Positions 9,025-19,149 of a stretch of 64,000 bases of DNA are shown piece by piece. The position numbers and the translations under genes are program-made. Positions within the stretch are counted from its first letter, which is position 1. Every line of letters begins with the position of its first letter. The notes beneath the pieces were generated by a model. It was not told where the DNA came from, ran no database searches, and saw nothing but the letters and a program-made list of their open reading frames with translations. The stretch covers positions 1 to 64,000 of the IMG/VR virus record IMGVR_UViG_3300032236_001850. The stretch is one strand, 5' to 3'.

Positions 9025-9040
9025 TGGATATATATATCCA
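9025..9040. promoter_or_regulatory. Palindrome TGGATATATATATCCA giving GATATATA on both strands (putative divergent late promoter)
   Basis: Perfect 16-bp palindrome between divergent genes starting at 9003 (-) and 9061 (+). Confidence 0.75.
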
Positions 9041-9060
9041 AATCTAATATTATATTTATT

Positions 9061-10725
9061 ATGAAGAATCAAAGTTTTCGTACCTTTTTCGATATTGAGC
9101 CGCTAATGGAGAACGTTCAGGATGCAAAATCCTATCTTGTTAAGCTTTATGCGGAAAAAAATAAAATCAAACCTTCGGAAATAGACGAAGAAACAAAGAA
9201 ACACATTTGGGACAATCCAAAATTCCTTGAAGTAAAGGATCTTATGGATAGAAATAAAATGCCAGGTAACACTCTACCGTTTCTTAAATTTGCAGTTGAT
9301 CAAAGAGCAACCATGGAACAATTGGAAGAAATTGTTGAATTATTGAAAGATAATAAAAACAATCTTAATTCCTTGCCTATGTCTATTCTTGAGTATTCTA
9401 AAATTGATAGAAACAAGAAGAAAAAAGAGGGAGAAGATGAAGAGGATGATAATGATCACAGACCAGGATGGGAAATGCTTCGAGATGATCTTTCAAATAT
9501 TGAGAGAAAAAGAAAATTGAAAAATTTCATCGACAGATTAACTCCTAGAATGAAAGAATATGTTAATAAAAAAGCAACAACAAAGCAACTAGAAAAATTA
9601 GAAGAGATATCAAGCCAATTAAAACTTATGCCTAAAAATAAGGAGGGCAGAGAAGCTTGGGATGCTTTTTTCTATCCAGATCTTGGTGTTCTAAATGATC
9701 ACGGTAAGGTAAAAGGTAGAATGGGATCTTATGATGACACCATAACATATACTGATTATAAAGATCCAGCAAAAGCAATGGATGGCATAATATCTGACGC
9801 CGAGGCTTTTATTTCTAAATGGGGAGAAGACGAGGATGCTGTTATCGCTAAAATAAAATCACTTGGTCCACAAGCTGGTATCATTTTCGCAAGAGATGGT
9901 TTTCTAATTATGTCTGCAAGAACACCGGAAGCACAAAGATTAGTTTGTTCAGAAACCGGCTGGTGTATTAGAACAGATTCTACATTTTGGAGCTATAGTT
10001 CAGGTAGAGTCCAAGTAAATGTAATTAATAATAATATACCAACCTCTGAAAGAAATAGTTTGGTTGGTATAACTATTAATAAAAACGGTACAGTTCACAC
10101 CGATGCAGATAGACCTAACGGTAGAATTCAGGCACAAGGTGGAGGAAATTACACTGGAAAACCTGCTACTGAATTACTTAGAAGAATTGGCGTACCTCAA
10201 GCTGGTATAGAAGCATTTGAAAGACAATTTCCAAAGGAAGCAAATGTTAAAATAATTCTAGAGCATTTCTTTAAAAATGCTGGAGGATTAAAACCTGATT
10301 TTATTGTTGAATCTCTTGTTAGCTTTAATAAAGGATTTCTTAAAGGAACTTTACCTGAAGATGAATGGGAAGAAATATCAGCTCTAATCTCTGAAATTAT
10401 ATCGGATGTTGAGGGTCTGAAACCTAAGGATTTCCTATCAGCATTCCTTGGTGACGGAGCAGATAAAACTGGTGGAATTTATGTCGAAGCAGCTTGGAAT
10501 ATATTTGATAAGCTTATTGGTGTTAAGAATGTAACTGAGGCTCAAATCGAGAGAATGTACGAAGATACAAAAGAAGGATACGAGGCTTTAGAACTGCTGA
10601 TTGGAATGTACGATGAAGGTTCCTTACCTGGGGTACCAAGAGAAGATTACGAAGCAATGAAATCTGCATACTCATACAAGGATAAATCTCTTGCTAGATT
10701 TAAGAAATTAATGAAAGAAAAATAA
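9061..10725 (+). CDS. Hypothetical protein, paralog of 31257..32756, capsid-targeting-like leader
   Basis: Start at MKNQSFRTFFDIEPLME/N; shared blocks AGII, AQ..C...WCI, GIY..A.W..FD..IG. Confidence 0.85.
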   Translation: MKNQSFRTFFDIEPLMENVQDAKSYLVKLYAEKNKIKPSEIDEETKKHIWDNPKFLEVKDLMDRNKMPGNTLPFLKFAVDQRATMEQLEEIVELLKDNKNNLNSLPMSILEYSKIDRNKKKKEGEDEEDDNDHRPGWEMLRDDLSNIERKRKLKNFIDRLTPRMKEYVNKKATTKQLEKLEEISSQLKLMPKNKEGREAWDAFFYPDLGVLNDHGKVKGRMGSYDDTITYTDYKDPAKAMDGIISDAEAFISKWGEDEDAVIAKIKSLGPQAGIIFARDGFLIMSARTPEAQRLVCSETGWCIRTDSTFWSYSSGRVQVNVINNNIPTSERNSLVGITINKNGTVHTDADRPNGRIQAQGGGNYTGKPATELLRRIGVPQAGIEAFERQFPKEANVKIILEHFFKNAGGLKPDFIVESLVSFNKGFLKGTLPEDEWEEISALISEIISDVEGLKPKDFLSAFLGDGADKTGGIYVEAAWNIFDKLIGVKNVTEAQIERMYEDTKEGYEALELLIGMYDEGSLPGVPREDYEAMKSAYSYKDKSLARFKKLMKEK

Positions 10726-10745
10726 TAACAAAACTCTAATTAAAA

Positions 10746-12014
10746 ATGGAAAAAAGCATAAAAATAGCAAGATTTGAAGATTATCTTTTAGAAGCTAGAA
10801 AAAGATGGGATTCGTTGAATAACAGAACTAATGAGCTCTATAGATCTTTCGAGGAAACCAACGAAGGTAAAGATTTATCAGCCATTGGGGTTTATATCGA
10901 GGAGAGAACACCACAGGTTCTTATTTGTAAAAGAAGAGGTGGTCCTATGGCAACTGTTGAGCTTTTCAAAGATGAAGATGGAAAATATTGTTACGAATAC
11001 ACATCAACTAAGGAAGGTGTTGAGAGATACAATCTTTCCAAATTTGATTCCCCACATGCTTGTCTGAGAGGTTTCTTTCTAAGAATCATAAGAAACAACA
11101 TTCCAGCTGCAATCATACCTAAAAAAGATATACCAAATCTAAATTTCAATGAGCTTGTTCCTGTTGGAGCAGGTTTACCATTTACTGAAATTCTTGCGAG
11201 AATGAAAAGAGTGATTGGTGGTGAGGAATTAACAAACCTTGATGCTAATGCAGTTCAAAAACTTCCAATTATAAAAAACCTTGAGGATATGGGTATGGTT
11301 GGTAGAAGAGTTGATAATAAAGAAACCATAATCAAGAAGGTGGATATCATATCACCCAAATATAAATTCTACTCAAGAGCAGCATTCAGAGTTGGTGAGA
11401 TATATGGTAAAACCATTGCTGGTATCTTAAAATTGCAGTATGATGATCTAAGAAGATCAAGTAAAGGTAAAGGTCTTTTATTTGACGATGGTCAGGAAAT
11501 CTGGAGAGTTAATAACTCAAACCGTATTCCTTTAAATAGTATAAATTATAGAACTGGTGATAATTCACTTAAATGCAATATTCAAGACGAGGAAGTATTT
11601 GGATCTGTTTTTGTTTCCATATTCGTTAGAACTTTCAAGAGAGCTAAGGGAAGATACGAGAATGAAAAATTAATTAATCCAGAGGCTCACATGATAAAAA
11701 GTGAGGGTGAGGAAACACAAAGAATTGCTACCGAACTTAATGGTCTTCTCTCTGATTACTTTACTGAAGCAGCAGCAAGATTAGAGCCAACCATATTCAT
11801 CAGTCCAGAATTCGATAAAAATCAAGCAATTGTTAATAATGCTAATGCACTTTTGATTAAGTATCTTATGAAAAATGGAACTTTTGAATTAAAGAATAGA
11901 ATAATAAAAAACAGAGAACTTGATGATCTTGTTAATATTACAACTAGACACGAGGATATTGATGACTTAACAAGAAAATTAATTAGAGCTGCTAGAGTTC
12001 TTAGATTTACATAA
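10746..12014 (+). CDS. Hypothetical protein with capsid-targeting-like leader
   Basis: MEKSIKIARFEDYLLE/A. Confidence 0.8.
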   Translation: MEKSIKIARFEDYLLEARKRWDSLNNRTNELYRSFEETNEGKDLSAIGVYIEERTPQVLICKRRGGPMATVELFKDEDGKYCYEYTSTKEGVERYNLSKFDSPHACLRGFFLRIIRNNIPAAIIPKKDIPNLNFNELVPVGAGLPFTEILARMKRVIGGEELTNLDANAVQKLPIIKNLEDMGMVGRRVDNKETIIKKVDIISPKYKFYSRAAFRVGEIYGKTIAGILKLQYDDLRRSSKGKGLLFDDGQEIWRVNNSNRIPLNSINYRTGDNSLKCNIQDEEVFGSVFVSIFVRTFKRAKGRYENEKLINPEAHMIKSEGEETQRIATELNGLLSDYFTEAAARLEPTIFISPEFDKNQAIVNNANALLIKYLMKNGTFELKNRIIKNRELDDLVNITTRHEDIDDLTRKLIRAARVLRFT

Positions 12015-12259
12015 TGGAAGCAATAGACGAGAGAAAGAAACAGGAAGTTTGCGAAGGATGTGGTAAACAAATAGCAGACCCTGAAAAAGAATGTCCAACA
12101 TGCGGAACTTTTCCACATAAAGCCTATCACGAGAGAGCAGCAGCTAAAACACTGGGAATTTCAAAATGGGTCAAGAATTCTCCAGTCATGCAACCCAATC
12201 AGAAACTAACTGAAAACACACACAAACTGATAAATATAATATCCTTTGATGATTTTTAA
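12014..12259 (+). CDS. Zn-ribbon protein with C-terminal targeting-like motif
   Basis: CEGC..CPTC; ends KLTE/NTHKLINIISFDDF. Confidence 0.7.
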   Translation: MEAIDERKKQEVCEGCGKQIADPEKECPTCGTFPHKAYHERAAAKTLGISKWVKNSPVMQPNQKLTENTHKLINIISFDDF

Positions 12260-12291
12260 AAAAAATTCCGGCTTTGACCGGAATTTTTTTT
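12258..12291 (+). terminator. Intrinsic terminator
   Basis: A8-TTCCGG-CTTTGA-CCGGAA-T8. Confidence 0.9.
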
Positions 12292-12313
12292 GATATGTGT
12301 CTAAAAAATATTG

Positions 12314-13183
12314 ATGAGAATATTAAAAGCAACATACGGAGATCAGGATATAACTGAATTGATAAGATCAAGGATCAATAATCAAAAATTAGTTATTAGA
12401 GTAAATAATGATATATGTGGTGATCCAAATCCAGGAACAATAAAATCACTAAATATTGATTGGACCGATGGTGGTAAATTTTTCAGCCAATCCTGGATTG
12501 AAGGCACCACTTGTACAATACCAAAGTCAATAAATAGAAAATTGGGTATATTTTATTCCAATAATAAGGATTATCAAACCTACCCAACCATAAAAGAATC
12601 TTTAGAAAGAATAAAAATTGCATCCGATGGTATTGCTGATGTGTTTACGTGTTTATGGGAAAGAATGGACAGTAATCCATTTCCTGAATCCCCTAGTTGG
12701 TATAAAGTTTCCTCGCATCTAACACAAACAATTCAGATACTACAAACCTTATATAGTGCTAGATCCTCAGGTGAATATGATTATGTAAGCTTTCTTGAGC
12801 ATGATTGTTTATATGCCGAGGGATGCTTCGATTATCCAGATTTTGAAAGTGGACAAATGTTATGTAATATGAATTATATAGGTCTATGTAAAGAGGGATG
12901 GCAGGAAAGAAATCAAAATGACAAACCTTTATCACAAATAACAATGAGATTTCATGATGCAATATCACATTTTGAGTCGATTTTACCAAATGCTATCTTA
13001 ACAAACAGCGGATTGGTTGAACCTCAATGTGAAATTCTAGAATGGAGATCTATAAATCCATCAGTTCATGTTAATCATGGATTTCATTTCACTTCTCATT
13101 TTTCTATCTATAGTAAGGATAGAATATCCGGGTATGATCCATACTGGGGTGATTTTAGAAAATTTTCAAATTTATTTTTTTAA
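12314..13183 (+). CDS. Putative glycosyltransferase-like protein with N-terminal lectin-like module
   Basis: ATYG..DIT...N..CGDPNPG..K.L resembles SUEL-type lectin-like domains; YVSFLEHDCLY is a DxD-like motif. Confidence 0.45.
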   Translation: MRILKATYGDQDITELIRSRINNQKLVIRVNNDICGDPNPGTIKSLNIDWTDGGKFFSQSWIEGTTCTIPKSINRKLGIFYSNNKDYQTYPTIKESLERIKIASDGIADVFTCLWERMDSNPFPESPSWYKVSSHLTQTIQILQTLYSARSSGEYDYVSFLEHDCLYAEGCFDYPDFESGQMLCNMNYIGLCKEGWQERNQNDKPLSQITMRFHDAISHFESILPNAILTNSGLVEPQCEILEWRSINPSVHVNHGFHFTSHFSIYSKDRISGYDPYWGDFRKFSNLFF

Positions 13184-13206
13184 TCCGCAACTTTTTATTA
13201 TCTTTG
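13175..13206 (+). promoter_or_regulatory. Conserved 32-bp promoter (copy 1)
   Basis: TTTTTTTAATCCG-N11-TATCTTTG. Confidence 0.85.
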
Positions 13207-13210
13207 CAAT

Positions 13211-13495
13211 ATGAGAAAAGCAAGAACGATCATACATGTTAACCAGCACAACATAAAAGCGAATGCTAGAGGTGAAAGTAAACCTGTATTAACGTGTAAG
13301 ACCTCTAAGGGTAACAATTACTCTAACGAGATTGTGATTCTCGGGCAAGATGGCAAGGAAGCAGCAAGAGTAATCTACTCTCCCAATAAGCCATTAGCAT
13401 GTGGAGCTAAAGTTTGGATAGAAACATACAGTGGAGTTCAAATAGACAATCCTATTGATGTAAAAGAAGCAACAAAAACAATTTGTAAGATATAA
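13211..13495 (+). CDS. Hypothetical phage protein
   Basis: Intact ORF directly after the promoter. Confidence 0.75.
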   Translation: MRKARTIIHVNQHNIKANARGESKPVLTCKTSKGNNYSNEIVILGQDGKEAARVIYSPNKPLACGAKVWIETYSGVQIDNPIDVKEATKTICKI

Positions 13496-13497
13496 AG

Positions 13498-13887
13498 ATG
13501 TCAAGAAAAAAATCAACCGCTCACGTTGTCGTATTGAACCAAAACGGACAAGTACTTTGTGTTAGTAGAAAGGACAATCATAATGATTTTGGATTGCCCG
13601 GGGGTAAGATTGAAAAGAAAGATAAAAGTAATAAATCTGCTGCGATCAGGGAAACTCTAGAGGAAACTGGAATAGTGGTTAAAAAGGCTACTCTAATTTA
13701 TGCTGAACATAGAAGAGGTGCAATGGGTTACACTTATTTAGCAACCGATTGGTCTGGAGAAATTGGAACTGATGAACCACACATGGTTAAATGGGGAGAA
13801 TTTACAGATTTAGTTGCTGGAACATACGGGGAATGGAATTTGAAGGTTTTCAAATCTTTATCTGATTATAAAAAAGTAAAAAAATGA
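13498..13887 (+). CDS. Nudix hydrolase
   Basis: Nudix box GGKIEKKDKSNKSAAIRETLEETG. Confidence 0.9.
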   Translation: MSRKKSTAHVVVLNQNGQVLCVSRKDNHNDFGLPGGKIEKKDKSNKSAAIRETLEETGIVVKKATLIYAEHRRGAMGYTYLATDWSGEIGTDEPHMVKWGEFTDLVAGTYGEWNLKVFKSLSDYKKVKK

Positions 13888-14117
13888 AAAAAGCAGGAAT
13901 TATAATATCAATGTTACTTGGTGGTGCTTTATTGATGTGCATATTAATTAGTGCTACCAAACCAAAGAATGAATTATCAAATTACACAGTAGCAAAAACG
14001 TGTAGTGGTTTCACTGACGCTGAGTATTTTATAAATTCCTATAAAAACAACGGATACACTGTTAAGTTTATGATTGGTGATCGAAATGGTTGTTTGGTGG
14101 TGATGGAAAAAATGTAA
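13884..14117 (+). CDS. Small membrane-anchored protein
   Basis: N-terminal hydrophobic helix. Confidence 0.7.
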   Translation: MKKAGIIISMLLGGALLMCILISATKPKNELSNYTVAKTCSGFTDAEYFINSYKNNGYTVKFMIGDRNGCLVVMEKM

Positions 14118-14122
14118 TAATT

Positions 14123-14524
14123 ATGGAAATATTAAAAGGACACGTTACAAAAAATAATAATAATTGGATTTTTAAATGGACCTATCTTATAGAGGATGGA
14201 GACGCTGTTCATATGAAGTCAGCTCCACTTTCACCTGAATACATACACGGAGTAAATGATGGAGATAAGGTTGAGGCCTACATCGTTGAAACAAAAGATG
14301 GTGAAACTCTGGCAAGGCTTTTACCCAAAGATCCGTACGATACGCCATACTCAAATGAATTTCCAGAATTGTGGGTTAAGAATGTTGAGGATGGATCTGT
14401 TCATGAGGTTTTCAAATACATAAAAGATCACGAAGGTGAAATCCATATTTGGTGTAGCACTTGGTATGGACATCACAGAATAGGTAGGGATTGTATATTT
14501 ACACATGTTGCTTACAAAGAATAA
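14123..14524 (+). CDS. Hypothetical protein
   Basis: Start reassigned to MEILKG. Confidence 0.7.
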   Translation: MEILKGHVTKNNNNWIFKWTYLIEDGDAVHMKSAPLSPEYIHGVNDGDKVEAYIVETKDGETLARLLPKDPYDTPYSNEFPELWVKNVEDGSVHEVFKYIKDHEGEIHIWCSTWYGHHRIGRDCIFTHVAYKE

Positions 14525-14540
14525 TTAAACAAAAGAAAAG

Positions 14541-15164
14541 ATGAGAATGCCAATCGACAATTTTGATCAAATAAGAGGTATGCTGGATTTCTCGATTCCT
14601 GGTACTTTCTATTTTCTTCAGATACTAAAAAGACGTAAAGAAAATCCAGATCTTGGGAAGGACATGGTTCACATAGCAGATTACTATATTGATAGCCTGA
14701 CTAAATATGATGATCTAAAACCCATGATAATCAGACAATGTGATGCTGAGAATGCTAGAGCATACTTCAGACTTAATCGTAGGGACGAAAAACGTGTTGC
14801 TAGCGAGGCTTTAAAGCTTATGGTGGAGTATGTGTTGTCTGAAAATTATAAGCCAGCTAGGAGCGCCTATGCGTCCTGTGCGGGCAAGTACCCATCGGAG
14901 AAAAATAAGACATGGATAGTTGATTTAGATTGGAAAGACATCCCGCAGGGATTCACCAAAGACATTTATATAGATTCTGTTATTTCGTCGATTAACTCCA
15001 TAACCAAATCTTATAAGCCCGATGCAGTCCAAAATATAGTTAAGATACAAACTATGAACGGAATGCATCTTATTGTTAGTCCATTTAGACTTGATGAGTT
15101 TGAGAAACACTGGCCAGAAATAGATGTACACAAGGACAACCCGTCGGTTTTATATCAACCTTAA
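14541..15164 (+). CDS. Hypothetical protein, possible AEP-superfamily fold
   Basis: WIVDLD and TMNGMH resemble AEP motifs I and II; weak. Confidence 0.4.
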   Translation: MRMPIDNFDQIRGMLDFSIPGTFYFLQILKRRKENPDLGKDMVHIADYYIDSLTKYDDLKPMIIRQCDAENARAYFRLNRRDEKRVASEALKLMVEYVLSENYKPARSAYASCAGKYPSEKNKTWIVDLDWKDIPQGFTKDIYIDSVISSINSITKSYKPDAVQNIVKIQTMNGMHLIVSPFRLDEFEKHWPEIDVHKDNPSVLYQP

Positions 15165-15175
15165 GAAATAAAGAT

Positions 15176-15523
15176 ATGAGAGATCCAAATTTTAAAATTG
15201 GACAGTTCGTATACCATAGAGATGTATACGATCACAGAGAACCACTAAAAATTGTGGGGATCAGAGAAACAGAATTGGAACTTGAGGGTGACTACTCGGG
15301 AGGAACTCATGGTGTCACGCAGAAACAATGGATGCCTATAAAGGGTATTTCTAGGATTAGAGACCACAAATACAAAAAAGAATGTAGAGACGCTGCAGTG
15401 GTGATAGAGGAACTAGCAAAACCAGTAGATAGAAACCATGATAACATGACAAGAACTATGTTTGATTTGCTTGACATGGTTTTTAAATTGACCAATGACG
15501 TTTCTTTAAATCCAGAATTTTAA
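15176..15523 (+). CDS. Hypothetical protein
   Basis: Intact ORF in gene train. Confidence 0.7.
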   Translation: MRDPNFKIGQFVYHRDVYDHREPLKIVGIRETELELEGDYSGGTHGVTQKQWMPIKGISRIRDHKYKKECRDAAVVIEELAKPVDRNHDNMTRTMFDLLDMVFKLTNDVSLNPEF

Positions 15524-15525
15524 TC

Positions 15526-15738
15526 GTGGATTTAAAACTGTTTTTTAGAATAAATATTGATCTTAGTAGAAGAAGATGGGAATTCTATCCTGGAAAGGAT
15601 GTAAATTCAACCAGATATTCTATTAGCCTTTCTGAAGCAACTACTGAGAACGATGCTTGGAAAACACTCAATCTAGCTCTTCAAAAAAGTCCAGATTTTT
15701 GCTTCAAAAAATTTTATTTTATAGATATACCAATATAA
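15526..15738 (+). CDS. Hypothetical protein
   Basis: GTG start; stop overlaps the helicase ATG. Confidence 0.5.
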   Translation: MDLKLFFRINIDLSRRRWEFYPGKDVNSTRYSISLSEATTENDAWKTLNLALQKSPDFCFKKFYFIDIPI

Positions 15739-17180
15739 TGACCACAAAGAAAAAGAAAAAACCAATAGTTGATATAGACGTTCTAAACTCGGATCAGAGG
15801 GAAGCTTTTGAAGAGTTGAGAGATTTTATATGCGACAGGGATGACGAAAATGTTTATGTTCTTAAGGGTTGGGCAGGTACAGGTAAAACCTTTTGTATAA
15901 GCGTTCTCGTTAGATACATTTTGGAAGTGGTGCATCCTAAAAGCGCTTGGTATAAAATAGCTGTAACTGGACCTACTAATAAATCGGTTAGAGTTATAAA
16001 GAAGACAAGCAATCTAAGAAATCCTAGAGTTACTTTCCAAACAATACACAAGCTTCTTGGTTTAACCGAGAAGATAACCAATGATGGGCAGCAAGTTTTT
16101 GTCAACCAGGAGAAGAACTTCAAACCACAGATCAACTCTGTGAAGCTTCTAATCATAGACGAGGTTTCCATGCTTAATGATGATCTTTTTCATGAGATCC
16201 TTAAATATCGGGACAAGCTAAAGATTATCTGCATGGGTGATCCAGCACAGATACCACCAGTGGGTAAACCTGACTGTATCCCGTTCAGAGACGAGTTAGC
16301 TGATCCTTATGGTATTAAAACTCTTCAACTCAAAAAGATAATGAGACAGAAAGAGGGTAATGCCATCATAGATTCCTCTGTGCTTATTCGTGAAGATCTT
16401 TGGTCTGAAAGAAATCCAGTTAAGCCTGTTACCTCTCTAAATTCACTTGGCGAGGGTGTGGAATTTTTAAATCTTAATGATGGGGAGACAAGGAAGGGCT
16501 TCGGTGATATTCTTGCCAAATATTTCAGATCAGAAGAATTTAAGGATGATTCTGAGTACTGCAAGATTATAGCATGGAGAAATAAAACGGTTTCCAGCAT
16601 GAATAATCTTGTTAGAAGAATCATATTCGGAGAGGATGAATGTAGATCTAAGATACTCGTTGGTGAAAAGTTAATTGCAAATTCTCCGGTTATAATTCAG
16701 GGGAATCTGATACTATTTAATACCAATGATGAATTTTCTGTTGAGTCTACCAAGATAAGGGAGATGAACATGGTTCTAAAAACATTCTCCCCCGTTATAG
16801 AAGTGAAACTAAAGTTCTATGATGCCGTGGTTAGCTATCTTAATGACGAGGATGAGATTGAGAAGACCTCAATAGAAATACTACATGAGGATAGTGAAGC
16901 CGAATTTTCCAAAATTGCAAACCTACTTAAACTGAAGGCAATAGAAAAGAAGGGCAGGGATAGAAGCTGGATAGATTACTACGATTTTATGAGAAACTTT
17001 GCTGATGTTAGCTTTGCATATGCAATAACAGCACACAAAAGCCAAGGGAGCACTTATAACACAACATTTGTACTGGAAGATGATATAGATGTAAACATCA
17101 ACGTTGTTGAAAGAAACAGAATCAAATATACTGCCTACACAAGATCAAGTAAAAAGGTTTACATATTGAAAAGATTTTAA
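15738..17180 (+). CDS. dda: SF1B DNA helicase (Dda/RecD-like)
   Basis: GWAGTGKT, IIDEVSM, MGDPAQIPPV, YAITAHKSQGST; start at MTTKK. Confidence 0.85.
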   Translation: MTTKKKKKPIVDIDVLNSDQREAFEELRDFICDRDDENVYVLKGWAGTGKTFCISVLVRYILEVVHPKSAWYKIAVTGPTNKSVRVIKKTSNLRNPRVTFQTIHKLLGLTEKITNDGQQVFVNQEKNFKPQINSVKLLIIDEVSMLNDDLFHEILKYRDKLKIICMGDPAQIPPVGKPDCIPFRDELADPYGIKTLQLKKIMRQKEGNAIIDSSVLIREDLWSERNPVKPVTSLNSLGEGVEFLNLNDGETRKGFGDILAKYFRSEEFKDDSEYCKIIAWRNKTVSSMNNLVRRIIFGEDECRSKILVGEKLIANSPVIIQGNLILFNTNDEFSVESTKIREMNMVLKTFSPVIEVKLKFYDAVVSYLNDEDEIEKTSIEILHEDSEAEFSKIANLLKLKAIEKKGRDRSWIDYYDFMRNFADVSFAYAITAHKSQGSTYNTTFVLEDDIDVNINVVERNRIKYTAYTRSSKKVYILKRF

Positions 17181-18379
17181 ATAAGCCCTTGATTTAGTTT
17201 CCTTCCAATATTAACAGTTTGTCTAGTTACACCAATTTTTTTCATTATTCTATCTTGCATTTCTTGGAATCCATCGATCTTGTATAATTCTAGCGGATTC
17301 TTTTTGTAGAAATCACAAATTTTATCAAAATATTTTCTATGAAAATCATCAAGGCTTACATTATCTATATAATCTCGTATTAGGTCACTATAAATATTTG
17401 GTAAAATTGATGATAAATCAGTCATACCAAATATGGTATTAACATGTTCTAAAAATCTTAAAGAAAGAACATTGCCCCAACTACCATACCTGTCACACGT
17501 TATTTTGGTTATAGATAGGAGATTGTCAATAATGCATTTTTTTATAATGTCAACAACCTCCTCTGAAGTTGATTTGTTGGATATCTGTAAAAGAATGGTC
17601 CCGTTACTTCTCCTTGTAATGCTTGTTTTTTTTCCATAAACGTATTCGACGGTAATCCAGCTATGTAAGGCGCTATGAAAGTTATTCATAAACACATTTA
17701 AAATAAAATGATCATCCTCCTCTTCCTCGTTTATGGCAAATAAATTTTTTAATATAGCATCCCTAAGACCGCTATGCAGCGTGGGTGAGATAGTATATCT
17801 TTTATTCCCCAAAGTAAGTAGTTGATTATTTATTAATATTTGACTTTTTTTACCATGTTCATTAAAAGTGGCGTGGTACCCAAGATCTACCGAGAATTTG
17901 TTACATATATCTGCTATTTCCCTTAAATCTGCAGGTTCTGTAATTCCAGAATTTTGTTTTATGATTGATTCTATTTCACTTTTGGATTTACCAAGGATCC
18001 TTTTAATTCCTATTTCTTCTATTTTTTTAATAAGATTTTCCTTTTTTATCCCATTGATTGCTACCATTTTTGATATAAGATATAGGTATAAGCTATTTAA
18101 ACATTCGTTTAGAGATGGAAATGCTCTGTCAACAAAAGTATTTCCCTGGGATACGCATTTATATGCATACCCACCATCACCGGTTGGATAAAGCATTGTC
18201 TTGGAGCCGACACCATTCATATGAATAAAACCGCTGGATTTTACATCGAATGTTATGAATCCTGGTTGTTTAAGTGCCATTATTCCATTCATCGTTTCAT
18301 TTCTTCCCAATTCTCTGGTTAGCTCGGCAGCTTGTTCTTTCTTGCTTGCCTCGAATAATCTGAAGTTTAATATTTTCAT
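17177..18379 (-). CDS. Hypothetical protein with capsid-targeting-like leader
   Basis: MKILNFRLFE/A; GATATATAG just upstream. Confidence 0.8.
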   Translation of the reverse strand: MKILNFRLFEASKKEQAAELTRELGRNETMNGIMALKQPGFITFDVKSSGFIHMNGVGSKTMLYPTGDGGYAYKCVSQGNTFVDRAFPSLNECLNSLYLYLISKMVAINGIKKENLIKKIEEIGIKRILGKSKSEIESIIKQNSGITEPADLREIADICNKFSVDLGYHATFNEHGKKSQILINNQLLTLGNKRYTISPTLHSGLRDAILKNLFAINEEEEDDHFILNVFMNNFHSALHSWITVEYVYGKKTSITRRSNGTILLQISNKSTSEEVVDIIKKCIIDNLLSITKITCDRYGSWGNVLSLRFLEHVNTIFGMTDLSSILPNIYSDLIRDYIDNVSLDDFHRKYFDKICDFYKKNPLELYKIDGFQEMQDRIMKKIGVTRQTVNIGRKLNQGLI

Positions 18380-18383
18380 CCTC

Positions 18384-18391
18384 TATATATC
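18384..18391 (-). promoter_or_regulatory. GATATATA putative late promoter
   Basis: 4 nt upstream of the ATG at 18379. Confidence 0.65.
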
Positions 18392-18408
18392 AAAAAAATA
18401 CAAAATCA

Positions 18409-18440
18409 TTTTTTTATTTCGCGAATCTTTCATATGTTTG
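18409..18440 (+). promoter_or_regulatory. Conserved 32-bp promoter (copy 2)
   Basis: TTTTTTTATTTCG-N11-TATGTTTG. Confidence 0.85.
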
Positions 18441-18463
18441 CAATGAAATTAAAAACAATTAAA

Positions 18464-18961
18464 ATGATTAAAAAATTAGTAGAAAATTTGATCTTTGGAT
18501 CCCGATGGTTACTTATACCATTCTATTTGGGTCTTATTGTAGTCATGACAATTTACACTTTTGTCTACACCAAGGAGATTCTCCATCTGGTGTCGGAAGT
18601 TAATCACATAACCAAGGAAGAGGTTATGCTGATGATTCTGGAACTTGTGGATATTGTTATGATAGCAAACTTGGTCAAGATGATTATAACGGGAAGTTAT
18701 AATTCTTTTGTTGACAAGTCACACGGAGTTGATGGTGAGAATGTTTCATCAGGAATGCTTAAAGTTAAGATGAGTACTTCACTCATCGGTGTTTCTTCGA
18801 TTCACTTATTACAAACGTTTATTAATGCCTCTGCCATTAGTTGGGATAACCTAAATAAACAAATGCTTATACATGGATCATTCCTTGTGGGCTCGCTAAT
18901 ACTAGCAATAATAGATTACTTACACGAAAAAGCTGAAGCAAATGCAGGAGGACATCACTAA
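18464..18961 (+). CDS. UPF0114/YqhA-family inner-membrane protein
   Basis: IFGSRWLLIPFYLGL, LVDIVMIANL..MII.GSY..FV, LKVKM..S.IG.SSIHLL; start uncertain (18443 or 18464). Confidence 0.85.
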   Translation: MIKKLVENLIFGSRWLLIPFYLGLIVVMTIYTFVYTKEILHLVSEVNHITKEEVMLMILELVDIVMIANLVKMIITGSYNSFVDKSHGVDGENVSSGMLKVKMSTSLIGVSSIHLLQTFINASAISWDNLNKQMLIHGSFLVGSLILAIIDYLHEKAEANAGGHH

Positions 18962-19136
18962 AAAACAGAAAGAGCATCTGGTTATCATTATAGATGACCT
19001 GGGTAAAATCTCGCCAAAAAAGTACTCTTGTCCATTCGAGAACAAGACAAAGGAGGAAGCAGTAAAAGCTGCTAAGGCTCAGTATGAGCTAAACAACAAG
19101 AACATTTATTATAAATCTTATTATTTCGAACACTAA
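18942..19136 (+). CDS. Hypothetical protein
   Basis: Fills gap in gene train. Confidence 0.55.
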   Translation: MQEDITKKQKEHLVIIIDDLGKISPKKYSCPFENKTKEEAVKAAKAQYELNNKNIYYKSYYFEH

Positions 19137-19149
19137 TTTAATTTTAACT

